A stretch of DNA of 64,000 nucleotides from Chrysomallon squamiferum (Eukaryota > Animalia > Mollusca), in NCBI GenBank assembly GCA_012295275.1, contig CM022677.1:16740001-16804000 (forward strand). The letters are read 5' to 3'. The translations under genes were made by a program, and so were the position numbers. The notes beneath the pieces were generated by a model. It made no database searches. It was given only the letters and a program-made list of their open reading frames with translations, and was not told the origin of the DNA. The stretch's first letter is position 1. Each line of letters begins with the position of its first letter. This document shows, in pieces, positions 51,991 through 64,000 of this stretch.

Positions 51991-52473
51991 CAGACACAGC
52001 TCTTCCAGTCTTGTGACTTTCTTCAATACTCCAGTCACCTCACCAGTGACGTTGTGTATTAGTTTGACGTCATCCATATCCCTACAGCTGTATAAAAGAA
52101 TGCATAGTAAGACTTTAAAACGAGATATAGTTACGGGAGATTATTTAATTAGAAAAATAATTAGATTACTAACAAAAACTCTATTGTTAACAACGTTTAT
52201 GTCTGTATGTATGTCTCTCTTCCTCTCTGTGTTCGTATGTGTGTCTAGGCGTATCTGCGTATGTGTGTTCGTGTGCGTGTGTGTGTGTGTGTTTCTCTGT
52301 GTGTGCGTGTTTTAACATATTTTAAACATTCTATAAAAATGTTATTGTATTCTCGAATCGATGGTGTTAACACCTTTCCCGCCAGGAATTTAAGAACGTT
52401 CAAACCATTCAATTAATTCATTTGCTGTCTGCCAACTTCAGGTTGCAGCTGAGGTGGCCATGTTTTCACTACA

Positions 52474-52525
<52 letters not shown>

Positions 52526-53036
52526 CAGACACTCCTCTTCCAGTGTTGTCATGACTTTCTTCAATACTCCAGTCACCAGATCGATGACGTTGTTGTGTGT
52601 TAGTTTGACGTCACTTTGAGAGCCGTGTGAAAGAATGCATAGTAAGACTTTAAAACGAGATATAGTTATGGGAGATTGTTTAATTAGAAAAATAATTAGA
52701 TTACTAACACAAACTCTATTGTTATCAATGTTCATGTCTGTATGTATGTCTCTCTTACTCTCTGTGTTCGTATGTGTCTCTAGGCGTATCTGCGTATGTG
52801 TGTTCGTGTGTGTGTGGATGTGTGGGTGAGTGGGTGAGTGTGTGTGCGTGTTTTAAAATATTTTAAACATTCTATAAAAAATGTTATTGTGTTCTCGAAG
52901 TGATGCTGTAAAAATCTTTCCCTCCAGGAATTTAATAACACTCTCTGGTACTAAAAACGTGTTCAAACCATTCAATTAATTCATTTGCTGGCTGTCAACT
53001 TGAGGTTACAGCCTAGGTGGCCATGTTTTCACTACA

Positions 53037-53106
<70 letters not shown>

Positions 53107-54050
53107 CACATACGGCTTTTTCTGTATTGTCTTGACTGTCTTCAATACTGCATACAGCTGAAGGATGATGTTGTTGACTGTTCGGTTCCCGTCATCCGGA
53201 ATCACACATCTGTATACAAGAATGCATAGTAAGACTTTAAAAGGAGATGTAGTTACGGGAGATTATTTAATTAGAAAAATAATTAGATTAGTAACAAAAA
53301 CTCTATTGTTAACAACGTTCATGTCTGTATGTATGTCCCTCTTCCTCTCTGTGTTCGTATGTGTGTCTAGGCATATCTGCGTATGTGTGTTCATATGTGT
53401 GTGTGTGTGTGTGTTTCGTGTGTGTGTGTGTGTTTCTGTGTGTGTGTGTGTGTGTTTTTTAACATATTTTAAACACTCTATGTGTGTGTTGTTTTCTGTG
53501 TGTTTCTGTGTGTTAATAACGTGTTTTGTGTTCAAACCATTCAGTGTGCCTGTTTTGAGGTTGCACATATTTTAAACACTCTATAAATATGTTTTTCCAG
53601 TGTTGTCGTGACGTTGTTCAATGTTAGATATAGCTGAAGGAGGTAGCTGTTGGATTTTTGTTTGAAGTCATCCGTATACAGAAAGCTGTGGAAAAGAATG
53701 CATAGTAAGACTTTAGAACGAGATATAGTTACGGGAGATTATTTAATTGGAAAAATAATTAGATTACTAACACAAACTGTATTGTTATCAACGTTTATGT
53801 CTGTATGTATGTCTCTCTTCCTCTCTGTGTTCGTGTGTGTGTCTAGGCGTATCTGCGTATGTGTGTATGTAAGTGTTTGTGTTCGTGTTTTTTGTTTGTT
53901 TGTGTGTGTGTGTGTGTTAACATATTTTAAACATTCTACGAAAAATGTTATTGTTCTTGAAGTGATACTATTAACACCTTTTCGGGCTTGAATCTGTTAT
54001 CTGTTTTGGTTCTAATCTTGAGGTTAAAGTTGAGGCTGTCATATTTTCAC
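51845..54050. repeat. Tandem array of four ~550-bp units containing (TAA)n and (GT)n tracts and a variable core
   Basis: The conserved block AAGAATGCATAGTAAGACTTTA...GTGTCTAGGCGTATCTGCGTATGTGTG occurs at ~52096, 52631, 53218 and 53694. The block GTTCAAACCATTCA occurs at ~51857, 52398, 52961 and 53530. Confidence 0.9.
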
Positions 54051-55771
54051 TGAAAAAAAATTTGAAAAACTGGGGAGAGAAAGTGGAAAAGAAATTGTTC
54101 GAACAGAATTGCAACAATTCGTAGATTTAAAAAAAAAAAAATGATAATAAAAAACAAAAAAAACAACGAAATATAACAAAAAAAAAAAAAACAATCATAA
54201 TAACAACAACTACTACAATAATAATAATAAGAAGAAGAAGAAGAAGAAGTGTACAGATCAGCATTCTTATACTAAATATAAGTGTACGTCTTATGTCTCT
54301 AATCTGTATATCAAAGTAAGCTAACAGGTGACTTTTTGTTACGTAGATCATATAAAAATAGCGACTCACTGGAACACAAGACACATGTAGCTCATAAGTG
54401 TAGATATAAACAGTAAAAATATGAAATGATTTACATTTGTCAGCTTTGTGAGAAGACAAATAATTTAAATAAAGACGATAAAGACAACCAAATCATGTCC
54501 AATAAACAAAACAAACAAACAAACTGGTAAACAGAAAATAATACAATTATATGAGATAGCATTATTATTACATTTTTCACTAGCTCCTTGCACACACCAG
54601 CGCGGTAAGTAAACTTTCGTAGTTGTACAATACATTTTCAGGTGAGTGTCTACCTCATGTTTTTTCACCTGTTTATAATGACAGTATAATGAGCAGTTTG
54701 TTTGTCACCTGCACATCAATAACAATTATAATGCTTTTATGTTTCCACTGAAAATGAAAACAAATACAATAACATTTTATAGACTCGTTCGAAAGTGTGA
54801 TAAACCAACACGAAAATTAAATGAGAACGAAGCAATGAATTAAGAAAGGAAGAAAGAAAGAACGAAAGGAAGCAACGAAAGGAAGGAAAGACGGAAGGGT
54901 GAATAAATCTGTTATTTAAGGACACAGATTTGTGTGCGTCAAAACTGTTGTTAACAACTGTTGAGATAAAATAAGAGTAAGTCTGTAGTCACCGCTTCAG
55001 GACTACATATTTACAATTAGCTGGAAGTGCTATTTTATATAGACAATCCTATAAACAGAATAACATGTGCCAGCTATTGTTTCACCTTCCTGTTTGATCT
55101 GTATACGACTTATTTTTCCTTTTTCCCCTTTCTGTTATTATTATTAAACCAGTTTGATGTTTAAAAATATAACTTAAAACAGAGCAGCTTTGTAAAGTCT
55201 CATGAAAAGCCACTACGATACAAATGCATGAATATAAAGCAATGAAAACCAGCGAAGTCATAAGTTACTGGCCCTTAGGACACTTTTATAGTAATGCTAT
55301 TCATATAGAAAACAAATGATAAGTATACCTTAATTTGCTTGCTTTGTTGCATATTATAATGATCCATTAAATAATTTAATAAAAGTCACAATAATGTTTT
55401 ATTGACATTTCAGATAAAGTGGAGGGCTACAGTGTGGGAAGGGCTACACTGTGGACAGAAATGGTGTAGAAAGTAGGACATGGTGGACAGAAAGAGGGTA
55501 GTAAGAGGACGCCAAAAGACAGTAGTATTGGGTGTTAGTATAGTTTTAAGGGTGTTTTAAACAGGTTTTTCTTTGACAATAAAATTTCACGTATTTCAGA
55601 GATTGATGAGTCGTAGAGAACAGCATTTATTCATGACACTTTTTAAACAGGCTGTTATTTTAACAGGATGATATTCTTACATGAAAATATTTACAGGAAT
55701 TACTAATATTAACATTAAATTTAACCTTAAATCAACACTAACACCAAACCTTATGAAGTTAGTTGATGAAA

Positions 55772-55808
<37 letters not shown>

Positions 55809-56617
55809 GTCTACCTTTCATCAATTAGCTTCCTAAGGGATTTTATGTCTGAACAAAGATGGCTGTCTCGGTTAAGATTATTTCATCGACACACACACAC
55901 ACATGCACAAACAAACACACACACACACACGTTTAACATAACTACATATATATTTTTTTTTTATGCCGGCTATTTTTTTGGTGTTTTTTTTTACTTTAAT
56001 CGCAAGGTCAGTGGATCAAGTTACATCCAACACGTAATGTTTGTTTCTCATGTAGATCAGATAAAAACAGTGTGTCACAGTAGAACTCTGGTATATATTT
56101 TACACACATACACACACATACATAACAAATAAAATAAAATAAAACAATATAGAATACATTGTAGTTTCAATATTGCTGCCTACCTGAAAAGTCCTGATTG
56201 GTAATTCCTTAGTAGATTTCCATTTAATGGTTAAACTATTGATCACTGAGGAGAAGGACCTAAAAATAAATAAAATAAAATAAAATAAATTAAATTAAAT
56301 AAGACAGATCATATAAAAATGTGGCATACTTTTTCAAGTAGCACATAGAACTACAATAGAATGATGACGAATATGATGATGATATTGATAATTATGATGA
56401 TGATGGTGATAATAATAATGGAATTAATTTAACACTACTATTACTAACATTTTAACATCAGCGGCTGCTATCGTTATACTACTAGTACTGCCACTTCCAC
56501 TATTGAAACTCATACTATTACATCTACTGGCCCTATTACAAGTATTACTATTATCACTATTACCACTACCACTACAGATTTATTAATGTATGCATTACAA
56601 AAAGTATTATCATTATA

Positions 56618-56648
<31 letters not shown>

Positions 56649-56680
56649 TCCTCCGTTAGCCACAGTCTCAGAAATGAAAA

Positions 56681-56973
56681 TTAACTGTGCACAGATCATC
56701 AGAAACATTTGTGTATATTTCGATATGTTGGATATTCGCTTACAGCGTTCAAACTGAACCAGTAAGAACTCTGTAGTGCACCGATATATGAGGAGGTCAC
56801 CATGTTGTAATTGTACAAACAGCTCATGTTCCCTAGGTCAGATTTTGCAATATAGGCAATATGTGCAAAATAATGGCTGAACTCCAAAATGTGAACGTGA
56901 TTGTAAATGTGAACGTGATTCTGTAAGGTAGTTTAATAGTTGACATAATAACTATCTTTATTGTTGCATTTGC

Positions 56974-57061
<88 letters not shown>

Positions 57062-57380
57062 TTCATTCATTTATTATAGTAAAAAATGTTATACTAGTAA
57101 CCAATTCTGTTAGTTTTATTATTTTTAATTTAGAATTCACATTCGCACTATAGGCAATATGTGCATGATAATGGCTGAACTCGTAAAATATTTATACAAA
57201 ATGCTTTTCAGTTTTAACTTTTTTTGGAGAAAACACGTCTCCCAAAATATGACCTAGGGGACATGGGTTATTTGCATAATTTCAAAATGTACATAGATAC
57301 CAAACAAACATATCTGAATAAATATCTTAACAAATATATTTAAATAATAAACCAGTTTCCAGGATCTGAGCAGAGTGAAC
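56681..57380. mobile_element. Possible MITE-like element with long imperfect inverted ends
   Basis: Ends: TTAACTGTGCACAGATCATCAGAAAC versus reverse-complement TTCACTCTGCTCAGATCCTGGAAAC. Subterminal: CATGTTCCCTAGGTCAGATTTTG versus reverse-complement CATGTCCCCTAGGTCATATTTTG. An internal direct repeat TATAGGCAATATGTGCA.ATAATGGCTGAACTC is present. No ORF. Confidence 0.4.
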
Positions 57381-57397
57381 GTTATGAACTATTTCAT

Positions 57398-57490
57398 TTA
57401 TTCTTCTGGATTTGTGGATCATGGCCACTTGAACAGATGTTCCTTTACTCAAATCCAGTAAGTTCATATCCATTTCGAACCAATGAGAAC
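57398..57490 (-). pseudogene. Extra 3'-terminal P4HA fragment (copy 6b)
   Basis: The reverse strand reads VLIGSKWI*TYWI*VKEHLFKWP*STNPEE*, directly downstream of copy 6. Confidence 0.85.
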
Positions 57491-57557
57491 ATCTTTACAA
57501 ATAACCATTGAATTTATGAGAAAACTATCTTATTCTAGCATGTTAACCACATCTCAC

Positions 57558-59085
57558 TTATTCTTCTGGATTTCACGAACATGGCCGCTTGAATGACTGT
57601 CCAGTTTCTCGAAACCAGTTTGTTGATATCCATTTAGAACCAATAAGAACGGGACAAGCTGCATGAGTTGTCGTGGGATTAGGCAAACCATTCCGATATA
57701 AATTATACCAGAATACAGCGTTACCCTTCACAGGCGATATTCTGACACCAAGATAAGGAAAAACTGTTGCACCTCCGGCTTCAACATCGCTCAGCTAGTT
57801 TGTCCACGTGGCAAGTCTGTTTCCGGAGGACAAATCATCAACATCTAATTTGTCGTAATAGTCATAATGAGTCGAGAAGTGTCCAGCTATTCCGTAGTTT
57901 GCTACCTGCAGAGCTTCTGAACGTTTCATTGAAAGACCTGTGATAGCTTCAGTTCTGTTCTCAATTCTCGACTTTCCCGCTACGTTAGTTGTTGATAGAC
58001 ATTTATTCTTGCTGACTCTAATGTTATAGCTTCCGACTTTCCCATAATGCTTCACTGTAGATGATTTTAAAAGTGGCATAGAAGCTGTTTTTTTTTCTTC
58101 AACTTCCCTATCACTGACAAAATCATGGTACTGAACAATGGTCGGTGAAAAGTGAAGAACCTCCTCTTTAATAGGCTTAAGAACTAAAAGTGGGTGATGT
58201 TTGTTGGTGTTGTAACGACATTTCAATCTCCCTCTGTGTCGTGTTTCAATAAGCTCATCACCACGACAGAGAGCCTTGTAAAGTGCGTCTAGTTTAAACC
58301 CGAAATTTATCTCTTTCTGTTCTTTTCTAAGTCCTGATACATTTAAATACTTCTCCTTTCTGTTCGGAGCACGGTCTACTCCAGGAGCTAACATTAACTG
58401 TTCATTTGTCAGATTTAAAACTTGTTCTATCTGTCCTACTAATTCTCTACCGTGTTTTTCATATTCAAGAAGTTCTAAGTGAGATACGTTCTGATTTTTT
58501 CTCTTCTCACTTTCCCAAGGCTTATCTCCATCCAAATATATAGAGTTGTATTTTTTCATTTTGTATGCAAGATGACCTAATTGATAACAGTCTTCTGCAG
58601 ACAAACTATGTATATATCGATCATATATAAAACCTTCTGCCAATCTTGTAGAGTTTAATTTGTATGTGTCTTGAATACGAAACATAGCTGTAGCTGCACC
58701 TTCTAAATCTTCGTAAGTTGGGAGATATTCACGAATTTCCTTCAGTTTGAGTAGATCTGTTTCAGTGAGAACGTTTTCTTCAAGAACAGGTTTTACATCA
58801 CGATCGAGTCCAACGTAAAACGTTTAATAAATAAAAAAGCTCCAATGGGATTCGCTATATAACGATTCGGGTCTTTTAGAGTATTCAAACAATGACATTC
58901 CATTTCATCTGATATTGTTTCCAGGTTTCCCAATTTCGTTCCTTCTTTATACACACGTGTGAAATTTCTCAATGCCCTTGCCAAATCTCTTCCTGCTTTT
59001 ACAGAGCTGTAGAGATGTGATACGTAAAGAGTTCTGAATTCACAGGCGATAACTTCAACAGTAAAACAACGTATTGCTGATACAT
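57558..59085 (-). pseudogene. Full-length intronless prolyl 4-hydroxylase alpha pseudogene (copy 6)
   Basis: ATG at 59085 (MYQQYVVLLLKLSPVNSELF). There are frameshifts near 59020 and 58808, a compensating pair near 58495-58545, a TAG at 57795-57797 (WTN*LSDVEAGGATVFP) and a TGA four codons before the end. The catalytic HYD, HAACPV and GSKW motifs are still readable. Confidence 0.92.
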
Positions 59086-60931
59086 AATTTGCTCCTCTTC
59101 GAAAGTATCCTACAATTGACAGGAAGAGCTAGGTAATTGGTTTAAAAAAACGTACTACGTATAACGTTATAGATTCAGAAGAAACGTCTGACTTGATACA
59201 TTTAGGTCTTTAAACTCTGTGTGTGTGTGTTTGTGTGAAAGTCACGTTCTGTTATATTGTATTTCATTTGTATATATTCTCATTCTATTTATGGATTTAT
59301 TTCATTATTACATAACTTTTTTGGTAGTTTTATCTGTCTGATTTCATACAGTTGTATCTGTCAGTTTTTTTGCCTGTGAGTTTTTTTGTTTCTGTATGTT
59401 TGTGAATGTGTTGGTTTTTCTGTGTGTGTGCGCGTTTTGTTTGTGTCTGTACACACATGCACATTTAAACAAAAATAAAAATACAGTATATTTTATATAT
59501 AAAAATTGTATCAACAATTTCATGTCATAATAGAGTAGCATACTGAATATACGAGAGAAAAAAGCAAAAACGCAGCTGATTAAAATGTATGTGATAAAAT
59601 TCACTTAATTCTTGGGGGTCTTCTATGCTGTTTAGGATGATGTGTGTGTCCATTGCATATGTTTGATATGTTTGGTATGTTTTGCTGTTGGACTGTCTCT
59701 GGGTACTGGATTCTGAGAAAACTACAAGATATTTCTGTTTAATTTTAGACAACAATAGCCTAAATGAAAGGACAGTTAAAGAATTAAAAATCAGACATTA
59801 CACGGTTTTAGAAGAAGAACAAAAACGAAACAACTGTAATAAAGAAATGAGTCTTGAAGAATTAATTATTATGATGCATTAAAAGGAATGGCTAGAAAAA
59901 CATCTCATCGCTTAGAAATTGGCCCTTTGTATTTCAAAGCATATTGAGGACAAAAATGAATTATCAAGAACTATGAAGATAGCTGTTAATTCATTTTTTT
60001 TCTTCAAAATATCTGTATGTTTATATTTCTTTCTATTCGTGTACGTATGCATTCGCATGCCACAACCATACCTATACATATACTTACCTTTAAAAGCCTT
60101 AAGCAGACATATGACGGTTTTTTGGCTCAATCAAAGCTTGAACAAAACGTATCATACATACACACATAATATGTACATGTAAACCTACATTCATATACAT
60201 ACATACATACATTCATAAATGGATACAAAGTGCATGTGTCCCTATTTAACGATAGATAACACAGAATTAAACAGTTTCTTTAGTTTCGGTTCATTATGAA
60301 CGTCTTGTTACAAACGATAAAATCGAATGGGCAACATTACCTGTTCGTAACATTTGTTTTAAAATTATTCTTAAAACTGTTCTTTCTGCATATCGGTTTT
60401 GCTCGTTAACAACTCACCGAACGTTATTCCGCAGCACTAAAACATTACTATCACTGAAAGGATCTTCAGAAACATCCTCTAAAAATGTCTTTGATTTTTG
60501 CAGTTACGTTCTAAATACTTCAGACATATCAATTGTAATACATATATAGTTATGATGACCAAAACTGGTGTTGTGAATATAACAATTAACAGCATTATGA
60601 ATCATGATATATAATCAATTCTACATCTTGACTTCTAATGTAAGATCTTTTATCTAAATGTTTGTAATGCCTGACATTAATTCAGTTACGGTTTTAACTG
60701 AATTTTCTAAATGTTTGTGAAATATGTTTATTTTAATACATGTTTCTAGTCTGTCTCAGTTAAAATTCATTATTTCTACAGTCACCTGATATGATGTTAA
60801 ACCGATCTGGACGTGTTTATGTTGAAGAGAATCAATTATTATTATTATTATTATTATTAGTATTATTCTTTTTCACACAGTTTGGTCTATATACATTTAT
60901 ATTTGTCATACATATTTTTAATTTTCTTCTT

Positions 60932-62540
60932 GCAGCACAAGCAACATAAATTGTTATTTCATTAGGCAAACCATTTCAGAATAAATTGTACCGGAAACTA
61001 TCTGCACCTTTCTCTAGGCAGCATATTTACACCAAGATGACGAAACACCGTAGCATCGATGATGTAGTTTAACCACGTGGCAACTCAGTTTCCATTGGGT
61101 CAATTATCTGCAACAACATTAATCGAAATAAATTCGCTTCAATCGAATTTGAAAAAAAAAAAAAAAAAAAAATTAAAATTAATTTAGAAATAAATAATAA
61201 ATAATTTTTCATCCAGAAAAAAAAAGGTGGTTTGATACCTTGCAGATCTGCATGTTAACAACGCATTTTGAAGTGTTAAAATATTTCATCTGACACCTGG
61301 ACCACGTTATCGATTTTACGAAAGAACAGAGAAACATAATAGTCCTGAAACCTAACGCGACAGTTCACAGCCAGTTTCAAAACTAACTCGTCAAAACCAA
61401 AATGAATGAATAATACAATACAACGATATAATCAATTTCTTCATATTTTTACAACTATCTGTGTTATATCAGTTTCTCTTTGTAATGATCTCTAGCATCA
61501 TTACTATTGCAATTATTACAATTACTACTCATATTCATACTCCTCCTCCTCCTCCTACTACTACTACTGCTACTACTACTGCTACTACTACTAGTACTAC
61601 TACTATTATACTACTACTACAACTACTACTGAAGAATTAGGAGTGGATGTTTTTTGTAGCTATAAAACCGACATCGTAAACTATCGTTATGGTGTACTTC
61701 AATCACATTTTCACTACGACAGAGAGCTTTATAAGCTATATGTGTTGTTCTGCGTTTTTGACATTTGCTACGTACAGACTTTTTTAATTTCCTAAGTGTT
61801 AGAATGTTTAAATACTTCTCCTTTCTGATCAGACCACGCTTTAGACCAGGATCTAACATTAACTGTTCATTTGTGAGACTCAATGCCTGTTCTATCTGTC
61901 CAACTAATTCTCTACCGTGTATTGCATAGTCAAGAAGTTCTATCCGAGACACGTTCTGAATTGTTTCCGTTCTTTGTCGAGACTTATCTCCATCCAAATA
62001 TATACGTAGCGGTATTTTTTCAATTCGTACGCAAGGGGACCTAATTCATAACAGTCTTCTGCAGAAACGTATGTACATATAGTTCATTTACGTAACCCTC
62101 TGCCTTAATTTGTATGTATCTTGAACACGGAACAGACCTGCAGCTACACCTTTTAAATCTTCGTAAGTAGGAAGACTTTTACAGATTTCATTTATTTCTG
62201 CAACATCTTTCTCGTCTTCAGCAATTCCTGTCACCATAGCCGCTACATCTCGTTCCCAGTCCAAAGCGAAACGTTTAATGAATAAAAATGCACCTATAGG
62301 ATTCGCTATATAGCGTAATGGATCATTGATTATTGTCCAACAATGCTTCTCCATGCTATCTGAAAGTTCTGCTAATTTTCTTATGTTTTTTCTATCTTTG
62401 TTTGCCTGTGCGTAGTTTCTTAATGTTACAGCCAAATCGTTAGCTGCGTGTACATAACTGTACAGATCTGATACGGACGTGAACAGTTCTGAATTTTCAA
62501 GTGATAATAAAAAGAATAAAAAAAGATATTGCTGATACAT
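60932..62540 (-). pseudogene. Prolyl 4-hydroxylase alpha pseudogene (copy 7)
   Basis: ORFs 62540-62088 and 61997-61626 are homologous to copies 2 and 3 and carry 13-, 1- and 4-bp deletions. A trinucleotide-repeat tract interrupts at ~61500-61630. A decayed catalytic remnant GN*VATWLNYI..ATVFRHLGV..YNLF*NGLPN lies at 60932-61095. Confidence 0.9.
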
Positions 62541-63088
62541 CGTCCTCTCTTTTCGAATAATGTTTTTGATATACCTTTGTGTCGTTTTCCTTTGGAAATA
62601 TAAATGCAGTCAGCTTTACTCGCTGTTGCTAATATTACACTTCCGAATCACCTCATAGAAAGAGAAAGACTCCTGATATGCATTTACTCAAATGTGATCA
62701 GCAACATTTTGATCAGTATTTTTTCTATGAATTAAAAATAGTATTGAAAGTTTCATACGTCAGAAAGAAATAATGTACAGGAATGCGAAGAAGAAAAAAA
62801 CAACTAAAAAACTAAAACTGCTTTCGACAACTGATTAAAATATAGCTCATAAATCTGTCAATTAGTTGTGTATAAAATTCTGTCTGTGGATGCGTGTGTA
62901 TTTGCTTGACTATAGTGATGTGTATGTGTGTGCAAGTGTGCTGTTTGTATGTTTATATATAATATATATGTATATTAGTATGCGCACGTGTGTGTGTGCT
63001 GTTTCCATACTGATATATGGCTCTAATAAGGTAAAAAATAAAAGTAACAAAATAGATTTGCGGTAGCGTGCGATGTAATAATATCTTT

Positions 63089-63178
<90 letters not shown>

Positions 63179-63369
63179 TTTACATCAAAGAATTAACATA
63201 TCCATCATTGTCAGGGCGTGGCTTACAAATCTTCTGAAATGGATCAGTTGCATTAACGTAATAGATTTTGCATTTTAAAATTCTCTACGATTACAAAGTT
63301 AAATATATGAATTTAGATAGAAAAAAATAGAAAAAAGAAGAAGAATGTATTGAAAAGTGATATAAATGT

Positions 63370-63452
63370 ACAGACCTGTGATAGCCTTGAATGTTTTCGT
63401 TATGCAACAGCCACATTTTTAGAAACAAAACTGTTTGTTTATTTATTTTATT

Positions 63453-63486
<34 letters not shown>

Positions 63487-63690
63487 GAGACAGAGAGAAA
63501 CGATTCCTATATATTTCTGAACATCATCACAGACTGGGTCCTACCCTAATGTTGTTTTTTACATTATTTAGTTTTTCATGACTTAGAATACACATTTTCT
63601 GTTAAGAGCAGGCTTAGACAAGGATCTGACATTAACTGTTCACTTGTTAATATTTTTCCTTTCCATTTCAATTCTAACGGAGGTACAGTT
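63370..63690 (-). pseudogene. Very decayed P4HA remnant (copy 8)
   Basis: Reverse strand ACAAGTGAACAGTTAATGTCAGATCCTTGTCTAAGC (~63612-63648) resembles TNEQLMLDPGL. AAGGCTATCACAGGTCTG (~63371-63388) resembles EAITGL. Confidence 0.55.
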
Positions 63691-64000
63691 GCAATCAAGT
63701 TTTAAATAAACAGATAGATAGATAGATAGATATAGATAGATTAGTATAGCTTAATATAGCTAAGAATGAAACAAAAAAGAAGAGATAAAATCCTGTCTGT
63801 AAATTTTTTTAAAGGTGTCCTTAACAAAAGACAATAAAAAGAAAAAAAAGAAAAAAAGAAAAGAACACACAAAAAGAAGAAAAGGTAAATGTCAGAATAT
63901 TAATGTTTTAATGGCAATAATTATGATTCCCCAATAACACCTTAGTCAAATTTCTTCGTTATTCCCCCCCTTTTAATTACTTCTTTATTCGCTTAGATTC

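Noticed and set aside
57795-58685. 296-aa ORF as a functional P4HA, or stop-codon readthrough at the TAG
   Set aside because: It lacks an in-frame signal peptide, contains an out-of-frame stretch (SIYLDGDKPWESEK) and ends before the distal His/Lys. Several independent lesions indicate a pseudogene.

Overview
AT-rich, microsatellite-laden animal genomic DNA with spliceosomal introns and one 200-N gap at 44061-44260. Gene content and repeat style suggest a mollusc, possibly a cephalopod; this is inference. Three multi-exon + strand genes for secreted or surface enzymes lie in the middle of the window. (1) An AA15-type lytic polysaccharide monooxygenase (LPMO)-like gene, 15843-20984, whose two copper-binding histidines are replaced (His1->Arg, His91->Met) and whose two introns both need GC donors. 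(2) An intact cathepsin L, 23676-26646. (3) A neprilysin/ECE-like M13 peptidase, 33895-49235, whose HExxH exon presumably falls in the gap. Around and between them are at least nine full or partial copies of a prolyl 4-hydroxylase alpha gene with no coding introns. These are on the + strand to the left and the - strand to the right: one intact, one with a single frameshift, the rest decayed. Two of the inverted copies share a near-identical ~345-bp tract that looks like gene conversion. Also present are a mariner relic, several tandem repeats, and a 4-unit ~550-bp array with a hypervariable exon-like core. All alignments were done by eye; no database searches were run.
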